Assembly: GCA_021781955.1 (NCBI GenBank)
Contig: JAJXVV010000002.1
Coordinates: 74,730 to 138,729, forward strand
DNA length: 64,000 bases
Source: a bacterium
GTDB taxonomy: Bacteria; Patescibacteriota; Minisyncoccia; Phycocordibacterales; UBA2100
Direction: 5' to 3'
The notes beneath the pieces were generated by a model. The model searched no databases, was not told where the DNA came from, and saw only the letters and a program-made list of their open reading frames with translations. Positions 1 to 8,161 of the stretch are shown in pieces; the stretch's first letter is position 1; every line of letters begins with the position of its first letter. The translations under genes and the position numbers were made by a program.

Positions 1-7
1 AACGCGG

Positions 8-268
8 TCACACGACCGAAAGAACTCGGGGAGCGGACGCTCTGGGCGTCGACGCCCTGAGCGCGGACACGCAATCACTGAAGTCTGCCGCGATCATCGT
101 CGCGCCCTTGGTCCGGATCCTGAACATGCACCCATTCACGGACGATACGTTCGCGAACGAACCCGAGCGCTCGTGTCCGAAATGGATCGCGCCGTATTGA
201 TCTCTCCACGTGGCCAAGCCGTTCATGTCGGCCCAGAGTTGCAGTAGTTTTTGTTGGGCGATAGTCAC
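8..268 (-). CDS. hypothetical small protein; possible HicA-like toxin, weak
   Basis: 86-aa ORF immediately downstream of and co-oriented with the 294..539 ORF. Vague HicA-like pattern only. Confidence 0.3.
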   Translation of the reverse strand: MTIAQQKLLQLWADMNGLATWRDQYGAIHFGHERSGSFANVSSVNGCMFRIRTKGATMIAADFSDCVSALRASTPRASAPRVLSVV

Positions 269-293
269 ATCCTGTCTCCTTTTCTGAAAGACT

Positions 294-539
294 TCATGCC
301 GCCGTCCGAAGCGCAGCCACTTCCGTTAGGCACTTCTCCAAGGCTTCGGCTGACCCGGTTATGGTTTTGCGGTCGCCATACTCCACTTCAACGACGAACG
401 ACCCGCCGTCGGCCCGGACCCTCAGCAGGGCCACCGTATGAGTGATCCCGATCCACATGCAGCCATCTCGATTGCGCGATGCGACCAATCCATATTTCTG
501 GGCCATCGTTTCGATCAGGCTTTTTTCAGCATCGTCCAC
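294..539 (-). CDS. hypothetical small protein; possible HicB/UPF0150-like RNase-H-fold antitoxin, weak
   Basis: 81-aa ORF. Segment GGSFVVEVEYGDRKTITGSAEALEKCLTEVAAL resembles the HicB N-domain pattern. Forms a pair with the 8..268 ORF. Confidence 0.35.
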   Translation of the reverse strand: MDDAEKSLIETMAQKYGLVASRNRDGCMWIGITHTVALLRVRADGGSFVVEVEYGDRKTITGSAEALEKCLTEVAALRTAA

Positions 540-660
540 CTGCGCCTCCTATCATTGCTTCAGTGGATACCAGCTATACATACCACGTCCGGGAAAAATT
601 TCATCTTTTTACATACTGGTCATTTTTCATCTGTAGAGGTACTATCGCGAGAGTTTCCAC

Positions 661-689
661 TTGACATGGTAGTGCTAGGATAGTATGAT
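661..689 (+). promoter_or_regulatory. sigma70-like promoter: TTGACA, 17-nt spacer, TATGAT
   Basis: TTGACA at 661-666 and TATGAT at 684-689 with a 17-nt spacer, in an AT-rich tract upstream of the 784 gene. Confidence 0.45.
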
Positions 690-783
690 GCTGATTAGCT
701 GCCAAAATGACGAACGTCGTTTTGGAGACAGCTCATTGACTCGCGTCCAGCCGCTCAAAGCGGTGTAGCGCATGGAGGATAGT

Positions 784-1440
784 ATGGCTAAGATCGTGAC
801 TCGCGGTCAGGCACTTGAACTGACTGCCCGGTTCGGCGTCGATACAAATTGGGATTCCATCGACGGCGATAAACTCCAAGCGGAGATTATCAGCCTTCCG
901 CGTGACGAACTCGGTCGCCGATTCACGGCGTTCGTGAAGAAGGGTTGTCGGCTCGTCATCAAAGGGCCGAGCGCGCTCGTCATCGACCGCTCGAAGCCCT
1001 TCGATCCGGTGAAGTTCATCGGACGAGGCTGGGAGGTCGCCGAGCAGGACGAGCGTTCGCTCGCGCTGACCGGCATCGACTTCTCCGATGTCCGCTTCGA
1101 AAGCGGCCACCAGGAAGGCGAAGGCGTTATCACCGGCGAGGTGAAGCTCGAGCGTCTGAAGGCGATGCCCGAGATTCGCCTTGACGCGAAGATCGGTCAG
1201 GCCCTCTACGAAGAGCCCGGGCAGGCGACGCTCCGCTTCATCTACGAGCACTTCGGTGTCTCGTGGTTTGAGTTGGGCGGAACCGTTCTGCGCGGCTTGG
1301 GCGGCGGCCGGTACTTCCTGTGCCTCGGTCGGCGCGACGACGGCTCGTGGCACTGGTACTACTTCTGGCTCGTCAGCGATCGCCTCCGCGACCGTGTCTC
1401 GCCGCTCCTCGCAAGCAGCCCTTGGGCCTCCGCGGCCTAA
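784..1440 (+). CDS. hypothetical protein
   Basis: Frame 772..1440 is open. SD GGAGGA at 774-779 sits 5 nt before ATG 784 (MAKIVTRG...). Non-repetitive composition. The antisense ORF 733..1524 is R/E-rich and looks spurious. Confidence 0.55.
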   Translation: MAKIVTRGQALELTARFGVDTNWDSIDGDKLQAEIISLPRDELGRRFTAFVKKGCRLVIKGPSALVIDRSKPFDPVKFIGRGWEVAEQDERSLALTGIDFSDVRFESGHQEGEGVITGEVKLERLKAMPEIRLDAKIGQALYEEPGQATLRFIYEHFGVSWFELGGTVLRGLGGGRYFLCLGRRDDGSWHWYYFWLVSDRLRDRVSPLLASSPWASAA

Positions 1441-1475
1441 GCCCTTGCCCTTGCGCACTTTGCGCTTTGCTCTTT

Positions 1476-1510
1476 CGGCCTCCGTGCTTGCACGGAGGCC
1501 GATTGCTTTT
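1476..1510 (+). terminator. rho-independent terminator
   Basis: Hairpin ggcctccgtgc-ttg-cacggaggcc followed by gattgctttt. Confidence 0.5.
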
Positions 1511-1662
1511 GATATGATACGCATGGCGCTAGGCGAATATGCGGGCGATCACGGTCTCCCGCTGCCGAGGCCGGTTTGGCACGGATCCAGAATGTTGCCG
1601 ATTACGGTTTGAGATGGAGTGGTGCATGGGGCACTACAAAAAGTGAAATAACTTGGTGTGGG

Positions 1663-1914
1663 ATGCTATGCGAGTTTCGCTCGCGGATACGATACAGCCC
1701 GAGACCTCCAATCGGGCAGTGGCATGGAAGGCATCTCATACGCAACCGCAACTCGGACGGCAACCTCTACGTTCGCTACCTCTACTGGAACGGCGACAGG
1801 TGGGACTGGAACAACAACTGGCTCGACAACGACTGGAATGGCAACAACCCCGCTGCGGTGCCCGCAACTCGTCTCACTTCTCACCCCGCTTCTTGGCGGG
1901 GTCGAGTTTTGTAA
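1663..1914 (+). CDS. short ORF carrying a DGR-like variable-repeat (VR) tail; possible target-gene remnant
   Basis: In-frame AAC/NNC codon tract at 1741-1860 (cgc AAC cgc AAC tcg GAC GGC AAC CTC TAC ... tgg AAC AAC AAC tgg CTC GAC AAC GAC tgg AAT GGC AAC AAC ccc). The ORF runs to the TAA at 1912-1914. The upstream start is uncertain: the track uses TTG at 1576; the first ATG is at 1663. Confidence 0.35.
   Translation: MLCEFRSRIRYSPRPPIGQWHGRHLIRNRNSDGNLYVRYLYWNGDRWDWNNNWLDNDWNGNNPAAVPATRLTSHPASWRGRVL
1741..1905 (+). repeat. DGR VR-like module: NNC-codon tract, GC-rich IMH-like segment, GC hairpin
   Basis: 10 AAC codons plus GAC/GGC/TAC/CTC/CGC/AAT variants in-frame. Followed by ccccgctgcggtgcccgc and the hairpin ccccgc-ttcttg-gcgggg at 1885-1902. 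Confidence 0.45.
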
Positions 1915-2116
1915 GCTGTCCGTTCCAACCGCCGAGCATCTTTCCGACTTCTTCGACGCGAACCGAAAGCACCGCGTATTTTTTGTTGTCCAGTGATTTC
2001 GTTTCCCAGAGCACCATCAGCAACACCTTCAAAGTGTCCGTTTTTCTAATTGCGAGACGCACATACGGCCGTTTCTCATCCCGTGCAAGAAAACTCGCAG
2101 ATGCTATCGTTTCCAT
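1874..2116 (-). CDS. Avd-like four-helix-bundle protein (DGR accessory variability determinant candidate), possibly truncated
   Basis: C-terminal 80 aa of ORF 1874..2305: ...FLARDEKRPYVRLAIRKTDTLKVLLMVLWETKSL...VEEVGKMLGGWNGQLTK matches the helix 3/4 pattern of TIGR02436/Avd-type proteins. The N-terminal half is not recognisable. Confidence 0.35.
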   Translation of the reverse strand: METIASASFLARDEKRPYVRLAIRKTDTLKVLLMVLWETKSLDNKKYAVLSVRVEEVGKMLGGWNGQLTKLDPAKKRGEK

Positions 2117-2301
2117 GATTTCCACGAACAATGTATCAACACGCTGACCAAGAGAATGTCTGTGCACTTTCGGTAAGGGAGCCGTCCATGTACCTCTCGT
2201 TTTCCGACCGGAGATCCCCCCGAAGGGGAACGAAAATTGCCTCGCCGTGAAGTCGGCGAGGCAGGGGGGCTGCGCAATTGGCGGCGCAGACAGAGCAGAG
2301 T

Positions 2302-2730
2302 TCAATATGATTGAACGCAGATCACGTTGCCGAACTGGTCCGTGCTTGGGAGTAGCCCGAATAGGGGATTACAGCCGCCCAAGTTGTCGAAGTACTGATT
2401 CGGGACGACGTAGGTCGGTCCGGGGAAAAAGTAAGTCTGGCCTGGGAAGGCGTACCCGTTGTTCCAGCCCCCATAGCCGCCTCCGTATCCACCTCCGTAT
2501 CCGCCGAAGCGATTGCCGCCGAAGTTGTGAAAACCGCCTCCAGGGAATCCTCCGTAGCGATGACCGAATCCTCCGCCGCCGTTGTGGAGCCCTCCTCCGC
2601 GGAAGCCTCCAGAGTGCTGGCCGAAGCCTCCTCCGCGGAAGCCGCCGCCCGGGTGGCCGAAAGCGTGGGCGGTGATCGGCTGCATAGTGGTGAGCACGAG
2701 GGCGACTGCCCATATAACGAACGTTCGCAT
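2302..2730 (-). CDS. secreted glycine/histidine-rich low-complexity protein
   Basis: Signal peptide MRTFVIWAVALVLTTMQPITAHA. GGGF(R/G)/GH repeats. Strong SD AGGAGG 9 nt upstream of the ATG. Confidence 0.6.
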   Translation of the reverse strand: MRTFVIWAVALVLTTMQPITAHAFGHPGGGFRGGGFGQHSGGFRGGGLHNGGGGFGHRYGGFPGGGFHNFGGNRFGGYGGGYGGGYGGWNNGYAFPGQTYFFPGPTYVVPNQYFDNLGGCNPLFGLLPSTDQFGNVICVQSY

Positions 2731-3028
2731 GTCACGTTTCCTCCTAGTTCAGGCGGGCCGGATATCAGCCCGTCTCTGGTCTCAAGGCTATTCCTATTGC
2801 TGCAACAGCGCAAGTACTGGGATCATCGGGAGTTTACGCCCGAGGCGAGCATGGGGTCGCGCGGTTGACAAGACGGCTCTTTTTGGTACTATGGGGAGGT
2901 CAAACATTCTCCAGCTTGGTTATCGTCTTGGGAGACCAAGGCCGCCTGCGAGCCGAATGGCGAACCCATCCCGAGATCGTTCGACGTTTATTTTCTAACA
3001 GCTCGTCCATCGAGCTCACATTCATTAC

Positions 3029-4249
3029 ATGGCAACCTATACACGACACAGCCGCGCGCCACGGGGCCGCTTCTCGGATCATGGGCGCTCGGGGCGTTCC
3101 TCGTTCTCGCGCCAGAAGGCGCGGAGCGCAGGGCGTGGCGGGCACAAGGGTCAGTTCATCCACCACTCCAAATTCATCAACAAAGGCGTTGACGAGGTCG
3201 TGAAGCCGTACGAGCCCACGCACTCGTTCGCTGATTTCGCGATAGATCATCGCATCAAGGCCAACATTGCGAAGAAGGGCTACGTGAAGCCGAGCGCCAT
3301 TCAAGATCAGGCGATCCCGGTCGTTCTGCAGGGCAAGGATGTCGTCGGCATCGCCAACACCGGCACCGGCAAGACGGGCGCCTTTCTCATCCCGCTCCTC
3401 GACAAAGTAATCAACGCGCGACACGAGCGCGTTCTCATCATGGTGCCGACCCGCGAGCTCGCGCAGCAGATAGAAGAGGAGTACAAAGGCTTTTCGCACG
3501 GTTCTGGATTCGCGTCGGTCTCGCTCGTGGGCGGCGCCAATATCAATCCGCAGATACGCGCACTGCGCCACGACCCGTACTTCGTCATCGGCACGCCCGG
3601 CCGCATCAAGGACCTGATACAGCAGCGCGCGCTCAACCTCTCCAAATTCCACACCGTCGTCCTCGACGAGGCCGACCGCATGCTCGATATGGGCTTCGTG
3701 CAGGATATGCGCTCCATCATCTCGCTCATGCCGAAGAAGCGTCACACGCTCTTTTTCTCCGCGACGCTCTCGCCGGAGGTCGAGCGGCTGCTCAAGGAGT
3801 TCGTCGCGGACCCGGTGCGCATTTCAGTGAAGACCGGCGACACCTCCAAGAGCGTCGATCAAGACATCGTGCGTATCGAGGGGCGTGAAAAGTTCGGCTT
3901 GCTGCAAGACCTGCTCTCGCTGCCGGAATTCGAGAAAGTGCTCGTCTTCGGCCGCACCAAGCACGGCGTCGAGCGGCTTGCAAAGGAGCTCACGCGGCAC
4001 GGTATTCCGTCGGCGTCCATTCACGGCAACAAATCCCAGAAACAGCGAGAACGAGCTCTCGGCGAGTTCAAGCAGCACAAAGTGCGCGTCTTGATCGCGA
4101 CCGACGTGGCTGCGCGCGGGCTCGACATCCCCAACGTCTCGCACGTCATCAACTACGACCAGCCCAATACCTACGAGGACTACGTCCATCGCATCGGCCG
4201 TACCGGCCGCGCGGGCAAGCGCGGCATCGCGCTCACGTTCGTCGAATAG
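3029..4249 (+). CDS. DEAD-box ATP-dependent RNA helicase
   Basis: Motifs AxxGxGKT, DEAD, SAT and HRIGRTGR. Basic N-terminal extension. Confidence 0.9.
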   Translation: MATYTRHSRAPRGRFSDHGRSGRSSFSRQKARSAGRGGHKGQFIHHSKFINKGVDEVVKPYEPTHSFADFAIDHRIKANIAKKGYVKPSAIQDQAIPVVLQGKDVVGIANTGTGKTGAFLIPLLDKVINARHERVLIMVPTRELAQQIEEEYKGFSHGSGFASVSLVGGANINPQIRALRHDPYFVIGTPGRIKDLIQQRALNLSKFHTVVLDEADRMLDMGFVQDMRSIISLMPKKRHTLFFSATLSPEVERLLKEFVADPVRISVKTGDTSKSVDQDIVRIEGREKFGLLQDLLSLPEFEKVLVFGRTKHGVERLAKELTRHGIPSASIHGNKSQKQRERALGEFKQHKVRVLIATDVAARGLDIPNVSHVINYDQPNTYEDYVHRIGRTGRAGKRGIALTFVE

Positions 4250-4275
4250 CTCGGTGCCGCTCACGACACGCTTTT

Positions 4276-4443
4276 ATGGCCAAGAGTTTCTTCAAGGACG
4301 GCAAGTGGGTGGACGATCCGCGCGCGACGGTCGTGTCGCTCTGCCGCTGCGGCAACAAATACATCAAGACGCGCGCCGGGCAGGCGCGCTGCTTGCGTTG
4401 TGTCGCCGCAGCGGCACGGGAAGCGCGGCACACCGCATCGTAA
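4276..4443 (+). CDS. small zinc-ribbon-like protein (55 aa)
   Basis: ATG 4276 to TAA 4441-4443. Four Cys: C-R-C ... C-L-R-C. Not in the ORF track (under 60 aa). Followed by a hairpin. Confidence 0.35.
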   Translation: MAKSFFKDGKWVDDPRATVVSLCRCGNKYIKTRAGQARCLRCVAAAAREARHTAS

Positions 4444-4477
4444 AAGAGCTCGCGCCAATCGCAAAAACGATACCCCG

Positions 4478-4512
4478 CCGCGGCTTTTGCCGCGACGGGG
4501 TGTTTGATGCGA
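4478..4512. terminator. bidirectional terminator-like hairpin
   Basis: ccccgccgcgg-cttttg-ccgcgacgggg, 10 of 11 bp paired, then gtttg. Lies between the small ORF and the convergent shikimate-kinase-like gene. Confidence 0.4.
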
Positions 4513-4522
4513 GAGAGATCAG

Positions 4523-5128
4523 TCACATGATCTCGCGCTCGAATTCGCCGAACATCTCGACGAGCTGTTCGTGAAGCTTGCCGCGCCGGATATCTTTGGC
4601 AAGCTGTCCGGCAATGGCCGGCCGATCGCGGTCAGTGCGGATCGTCTCGCGCGCCCACTTCTCGTACATCGATATGCGCTCGGCGTATACCAGTACGATG
4701 TTCTGCTCCGTCGTGTTCTCGGGCGGGCAATCCTTGAACACGACGCCGCGATCCGGTCTTTTCGCGTATCGCCGCAGGACCGTTGAAAGCGACGAGAGAA
4801 GGTGGATGATGAAGGCTCTCTGCCTGAGGAGCTCCATTACCTCCGTGTTGTAGACGATGCTGCCGCCGGGGGCGACGATCGTCGGCTCGGTGATCCCTTC
4901 GATCATTTCCCTCACGACGCGCCCTTCAAGCTCAATGAACGCTTCTGCCGACAGTTTCTCCGAAGCCTCTTGGAGCGTCGGGAAGCCGGACGCCTTGAGG
5001 ACGAGGTCGTCGGCGTCGATGAACGCCCATCCCAGCAGGCGAGCGAGCAATTTCCCGATCTTCGTCTTACCGGCGGTAAATATCCCGATAAGCACGATTA
5101 TCGGCGCCAGATGTTTTCTCTTGCGCAT
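4523..5128 (-). CDS. aroK: shikimate kinase-like P-loop kinase
   Basis: Walker A IGIFTAGKTKIGKLLA plus FIDADD. Start trimmed to Met47 (ATG ending 5128) because the longer N-terminus only reads through a palindromic repeat. Confidence 0.65.
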   Translation of the reverse strand: MRKRKHLAPIIVLIGIFTAGKTKIGKLLARLLGWAFIDADDLVLKASGFPTLQEASEKLSAEAFIELEGRVVREMIEGITEPTIVAPGGSIVYNTEVMELLRQRAFIIHLLSSLSTVLRRYAKRPDRGVVFKDCPPENTTEQNIVLVYAERISMYEKWARETIRTDRDRPAIAGQLAKDIRRGKLHEQLVEMFGEFEREIM

Positions 5129-5333
5129 ATTGGTCCTCCGCTCCGGTCTCCTTATCGCGACTGCCGCCCACTGTGCCATAGCGTCAAGTTTCTGTAAAAC
5201 GCCAGAGAGGACGGTCCTCTGGGACGAGGCGGACGGCATCCGAGAGCGGATCAGCAAGGTCGTCAAGCTATTCCGTTTCTTCCGCTCCCGTCGTTTCCTG
5301 ACGCGGCGAGAAGTGCCCGAACCGCATGGGCGA

Positions 5334-5579
5334 TCACTCGTTCGCGGCGCAGGTGGAGATGCCGAAGAGACGATAGAGCGGGCAGAGGTGTATGAAGCCG
5401 GTCACCACCATGACGACGGCGACGACGAGCGCTACGATGCCGAGCAATCCCGAGATCCACCCCATGGCGTACGCGATCACGAGCAGGGCCGCGATGATGT
5501 AACGCACGATGCTGTCGATCTTCCCCACGTTCTTTTTATTGTTCATATGCGCCCATTGTACTACCGCCTCGCCGGGCAT
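5334..5579 (-). CDS. DUF2892 (YgaP-like) small membrane protein
   Basis: C-terminal CPLYRLFGISTC motif and a TM helix. Probable start at MNNKKNV (5546). Confidence 0.6.
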   Translation of the reverse strand: MPGEAVVQWAHMNNKKNVGKIDSIVRYIIAALLVIAYAMGWISGLLGIVALVVAVVMVVTGFIHLCPLYRLFGISTCAANE

Positions 5580-5597
5580 GTATAGTAGAATAGGTGC

Positions 5598-6611
5598 ATG
5601 AGCCGCAGAGCGCTCGCCCGTGTCGCGTTCGTAATCGCGGTCGTTGCGGGTACGTTGCTCGTTCTCTCCGGCAAATCTGCCTCAACAGCAAGTCCGCAGT
5701 CGCGACTTGCGACCGATCTCTACCCGCTCTACCCGGGCGCACAGTGGGGAGAGGTCCAGCCGGCGACATCGCCGGATTTCGGCACGGTCGAGCTCGTCGA
5801 GTCATTGCCGTTCGACAACATCACCGATATCGCTTCGGTGACAGCGCCCTACACGCAGTATTACGATCAGAAACTCACACAGGCGGGCTGGACGCGCGAT
5901 CGGTCGCGCGAAGCGGGCGGTCCCGGAGCGGAGCTTGCCGTCTACACCAAGGGTGATCAGTTCATCGTCGTGCTGTTCTCGTCGGTATTCCATATACATT
6001 CGCCTGATGCGCCTGCGCAATGCCCGTGCGATACCACGCTCACCCTCATGAGCGGCACGCAAACCGGTCGAACCATCGCACAAGTACAAGCATCGCGCGC
6101 GTACGCCGATCATGCGGTCGGCTTCTCCATCGCGCTTCCGACGTTGCTCGCCTCGAGCTCGAACGACCTGCTCTTCAGCGTCGACCCTTCGTATGAGTAC
6201 ACGGAAAAGGGTCCGGGCCAATCCATTCCCGGAGTGAAATTCACTATTCCGAAGTCGCTCGCGTCCGGCACGAATCTCGCGCCCGACACGTACCTGAGCG
6301 TTGAGCATTTGCCGAAAGGGGCGGCATGCGACGCGTCCGCGTTCTTGGCGGATCCAGGCGCGACCTCGCACCCGCTCAGGGAGGGCGCGGTGTCGTACTC
6401 GGTCGCTTCTTCGACCGGCGCTGGCGTCGGCAATCGCTACGAGGAGTGGGTTTATGCTCGCACCGGTACGGATCCCTGCATCGCGGTGCGTTACTTCATT
6501 CATTACGCCGCCATCGAGAATTTCCCGCCGGGCGCAGTGCGCGAGTTCGATCATGCGTCCCTTCTCCAGACTTTTGACGCGATACGCCGCACGCTCCGTG
6601 TCGCGCAATAA
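5598..6611 (+). CDS. secreted/anchored hypothetical protein
   Basis: N-terminal TM/signal peptide MSRRALARVAFVIAVVAGTLLVLSG. No recognisable domain. Confidence 0.55.
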   Translation: MSRRALARVAFVIAVVAGTLLVLSGKSASTASPQSRLATDLYPLYPGAQWGEVQPATSPDFGTVELVESLPFDNITDIASVTAPYTQYYDQKLTQAGWTRDRSREAGGPGAELAVYTKGDQFIVVLFSSVFHIHSPDAPAQCPCDTTLTLMSGTQTGRTIAQVQASRAYADHAVGFSIALPTLLASSSNDLLFSVDPSYEYTEKGPGQSIPGVKFTIPKSLASGTNLAPDTYLSVEHLPKGAACDASAFLADPGATSHPLREGAVSYSVASSTGAGVGNRYEEWVYARTGTDPCIAVRYFIHYAAIENFPPGAVREFDHASLLQTFDAIRRTLRVAQ

Positions 6612-6622
6612 CCGATACGCGC

Positions 6623-7036
6623 ATGGACATCCCTCTCTGGAGCATCGTTACCTTGGCGACCGAACTCGTGGTGACCGCGAGCGTTCTCGCTATCATCTGG
6701 CGCGCGTACGCAACGGGCCGGTTCATGACGATGTTTGCCTGGTGGGTGCTTGGCTACGAATTCCTTTTCAATGTGAGCTATATGGCCTCGCGCGAAGCGC
6801 ATGCCGCCACGCGGACGCTCGATCCCTACCTAACGGGGCTCGCGATATTTCACGGCGTGTTCTCGCTCGTGATGTTCTTATCGCTCGTAATATTTTTCTT
6901 CGTTGCGTGGAGGCGCTATGGGCGCGGCGAGAATTTCTTCGCGATACATCCGCGCTTTACCGTATTGTTCGTGACGGCATGGTCCATCTCCATTCTCTCT
7001 GGAGTTCTGCTCTTCGTGCAGCTGTATTTGCTGTAG
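6623..7036 (+). CDS. hypothetical integral membrane protein
   Basis: 137 aa with 4 predicted TM helices. Confidence 0.55.
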   Translation: MDIPLWSIVTLATELVVTASVLAIIWRAYATGRFMTMFAWWVLGYEFLFNVSYMASREAHAATRTLDPYLTGLAIFHGVFSLVMFLSLVIFFFVAWRRYGRGENFFAIHPRFTVLFVTAWSISILSGVLLFVQLYLL

Positions 7037-7230
7037 CGGGGCGCCGGCGTGCGCGCTCGCGCTAGCCAGAAGGTCGATCGCTATGAAATTGGGGCCCCGC
7101 TACCTAGTCCGCCCGAGGGTTTCCGTGCCCTTGCGTGTCCTCATAACCTCTTTTGGGACGCGCGCAAGCGCGCGGCCGATATTCCCGCAGGGGCGCGATG
7201 CTGTGGTACAGTAACTGCATTGCAGAAGGT

Positions 7231-7944
7231 ATGAAATTGCCCCTCGATATATTCGAACCGCACAAAAGTGCGACCGGCGCACGGCTCAATTGGTTGCGCG
7301 CAGCGGTACTGGGCGCCAATGATGGCACTGTCTCGGTCGCGGCGCTCGTCGTCGGGGTCGCGGGCGCGTCGGATTTCGGCTCCCACACTCTCATCGTCGG
7401 CGTCGCGGGGCTTTTGGCCGGCGCGCTCTCGATGGCGGTGGGTGAGTACATTTCGGTCTCGAGCCAACGCGACATCGAGATTTCGCTCCTGGAAAAAGAG
7501 CGCGGTGAGCTCAAGCATGATCCAGAAGGCGAGCTCGAAGAGCTTACCGCTCTTTATGAAGAAAAGGGGCTCACGCGCGGGACGGCAGAGCAAGTGGCGA
7601 AGGAGCTTACCGAACACGACGCTTTCGCGGCGCACGTGGAGGCGGAGCTCCGCATCGACCCCGACGACCTCACGAATCCGTGGCATGCGGCGTTCGCCTC
7701 AGGCGCATCCTTTACCTTGGGCGCGCTTATCCCGCTCATCGCGATCGTCATGCCGCCTGCCGACATCCGCATCCCCGTTACCTTCGCAGCCGTGCTCGTC
7801 GCGCTCGTCATCACCGGTGTCTTGAGCGCGTGGGCAAGCGACACGCGCCCGCTTCCCGTGACGATGCGCGTGGTCTTGGGCGGCGTGTTGGCAATGATCA
7901 TCACGTTCGGCATCGGCCGCCTCTTCGGCGTCGCGAACCTGTAA
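7231..7944 (+). CDS. VIT1/CCC1 family (vacuolar iron transporter-like) membrane protein
   Basis: Motif NWLRAAVLGANDGTVSVAALVVGVAGAS. SD agaagg before ATG 7231. Confidence 0.7.
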   Translation: MKLPLDIFEPHKSATGARLNWLRAAVLGANDGTVSVAALVVGVAGASDFGSHTLIVGVAGLLAGALSMAVGEYISVSSQRDIEISLLEKERGELKHDPEGELEELTALYEEKGLTRGTAEQVAKELTEHDAFAAHVEAELRIDPDDLTNPWHAAFASGASFTLGALIPLIAIVMPPADIRIPVTFAAVLVALVITGVLSAWASDTRPLPVTMRVVLGGVLAMIITFGIGRLFGVANL

Positions 7945-7998
7945 CGACGGGAAATGCCGGCCCTAACCGGCCCGAGAGGGCGATCCTCCGTCGGTGAC

Positions 7999-8035
7999 TT
8001 ATCCACACTTTTCTACAGAGGACCGTCCTCTGGGG
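7999..8035 (+). repeat. DnaA-box-like TTATCCACA followed by the palindromic repeat element
   Basis: ttatccacac-ttttcta-CAGAGGACCGTCCTCTG-ggg, intergenic. Confidence 0.8.
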
Positions 8036-8161
8036 CGACGTTCGTGCCCTTTTCAGGGTACTTGCATAAAAAGCCATTTAGATGCATAAAGATGGCAACT
8101 AGCCATTTTTATCAGCGTTTAGTCAAGTCAATTAATAAAGCTTTAAGCCATATTTTAGCGT

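Noticed and set aside
733-1524. 263-aa minus-strand ORF overlapping the 784..1440 gene
   Set aside because: R/E/A-rich composition typical of antisense frames in GC-rich DNA; the plus-strand frame has an SD and non-repetitive protein-like sequence.
7999-8160. Chromosomal replication origin (DnaA box plus AT-rich tract)
   Set aside because: Only one perfect DnaA box here and no dnaA/dnaN nearby. The box is part of a dispersed composite repeat seen elsewhere in the window, which is insufficient for an oriC call.
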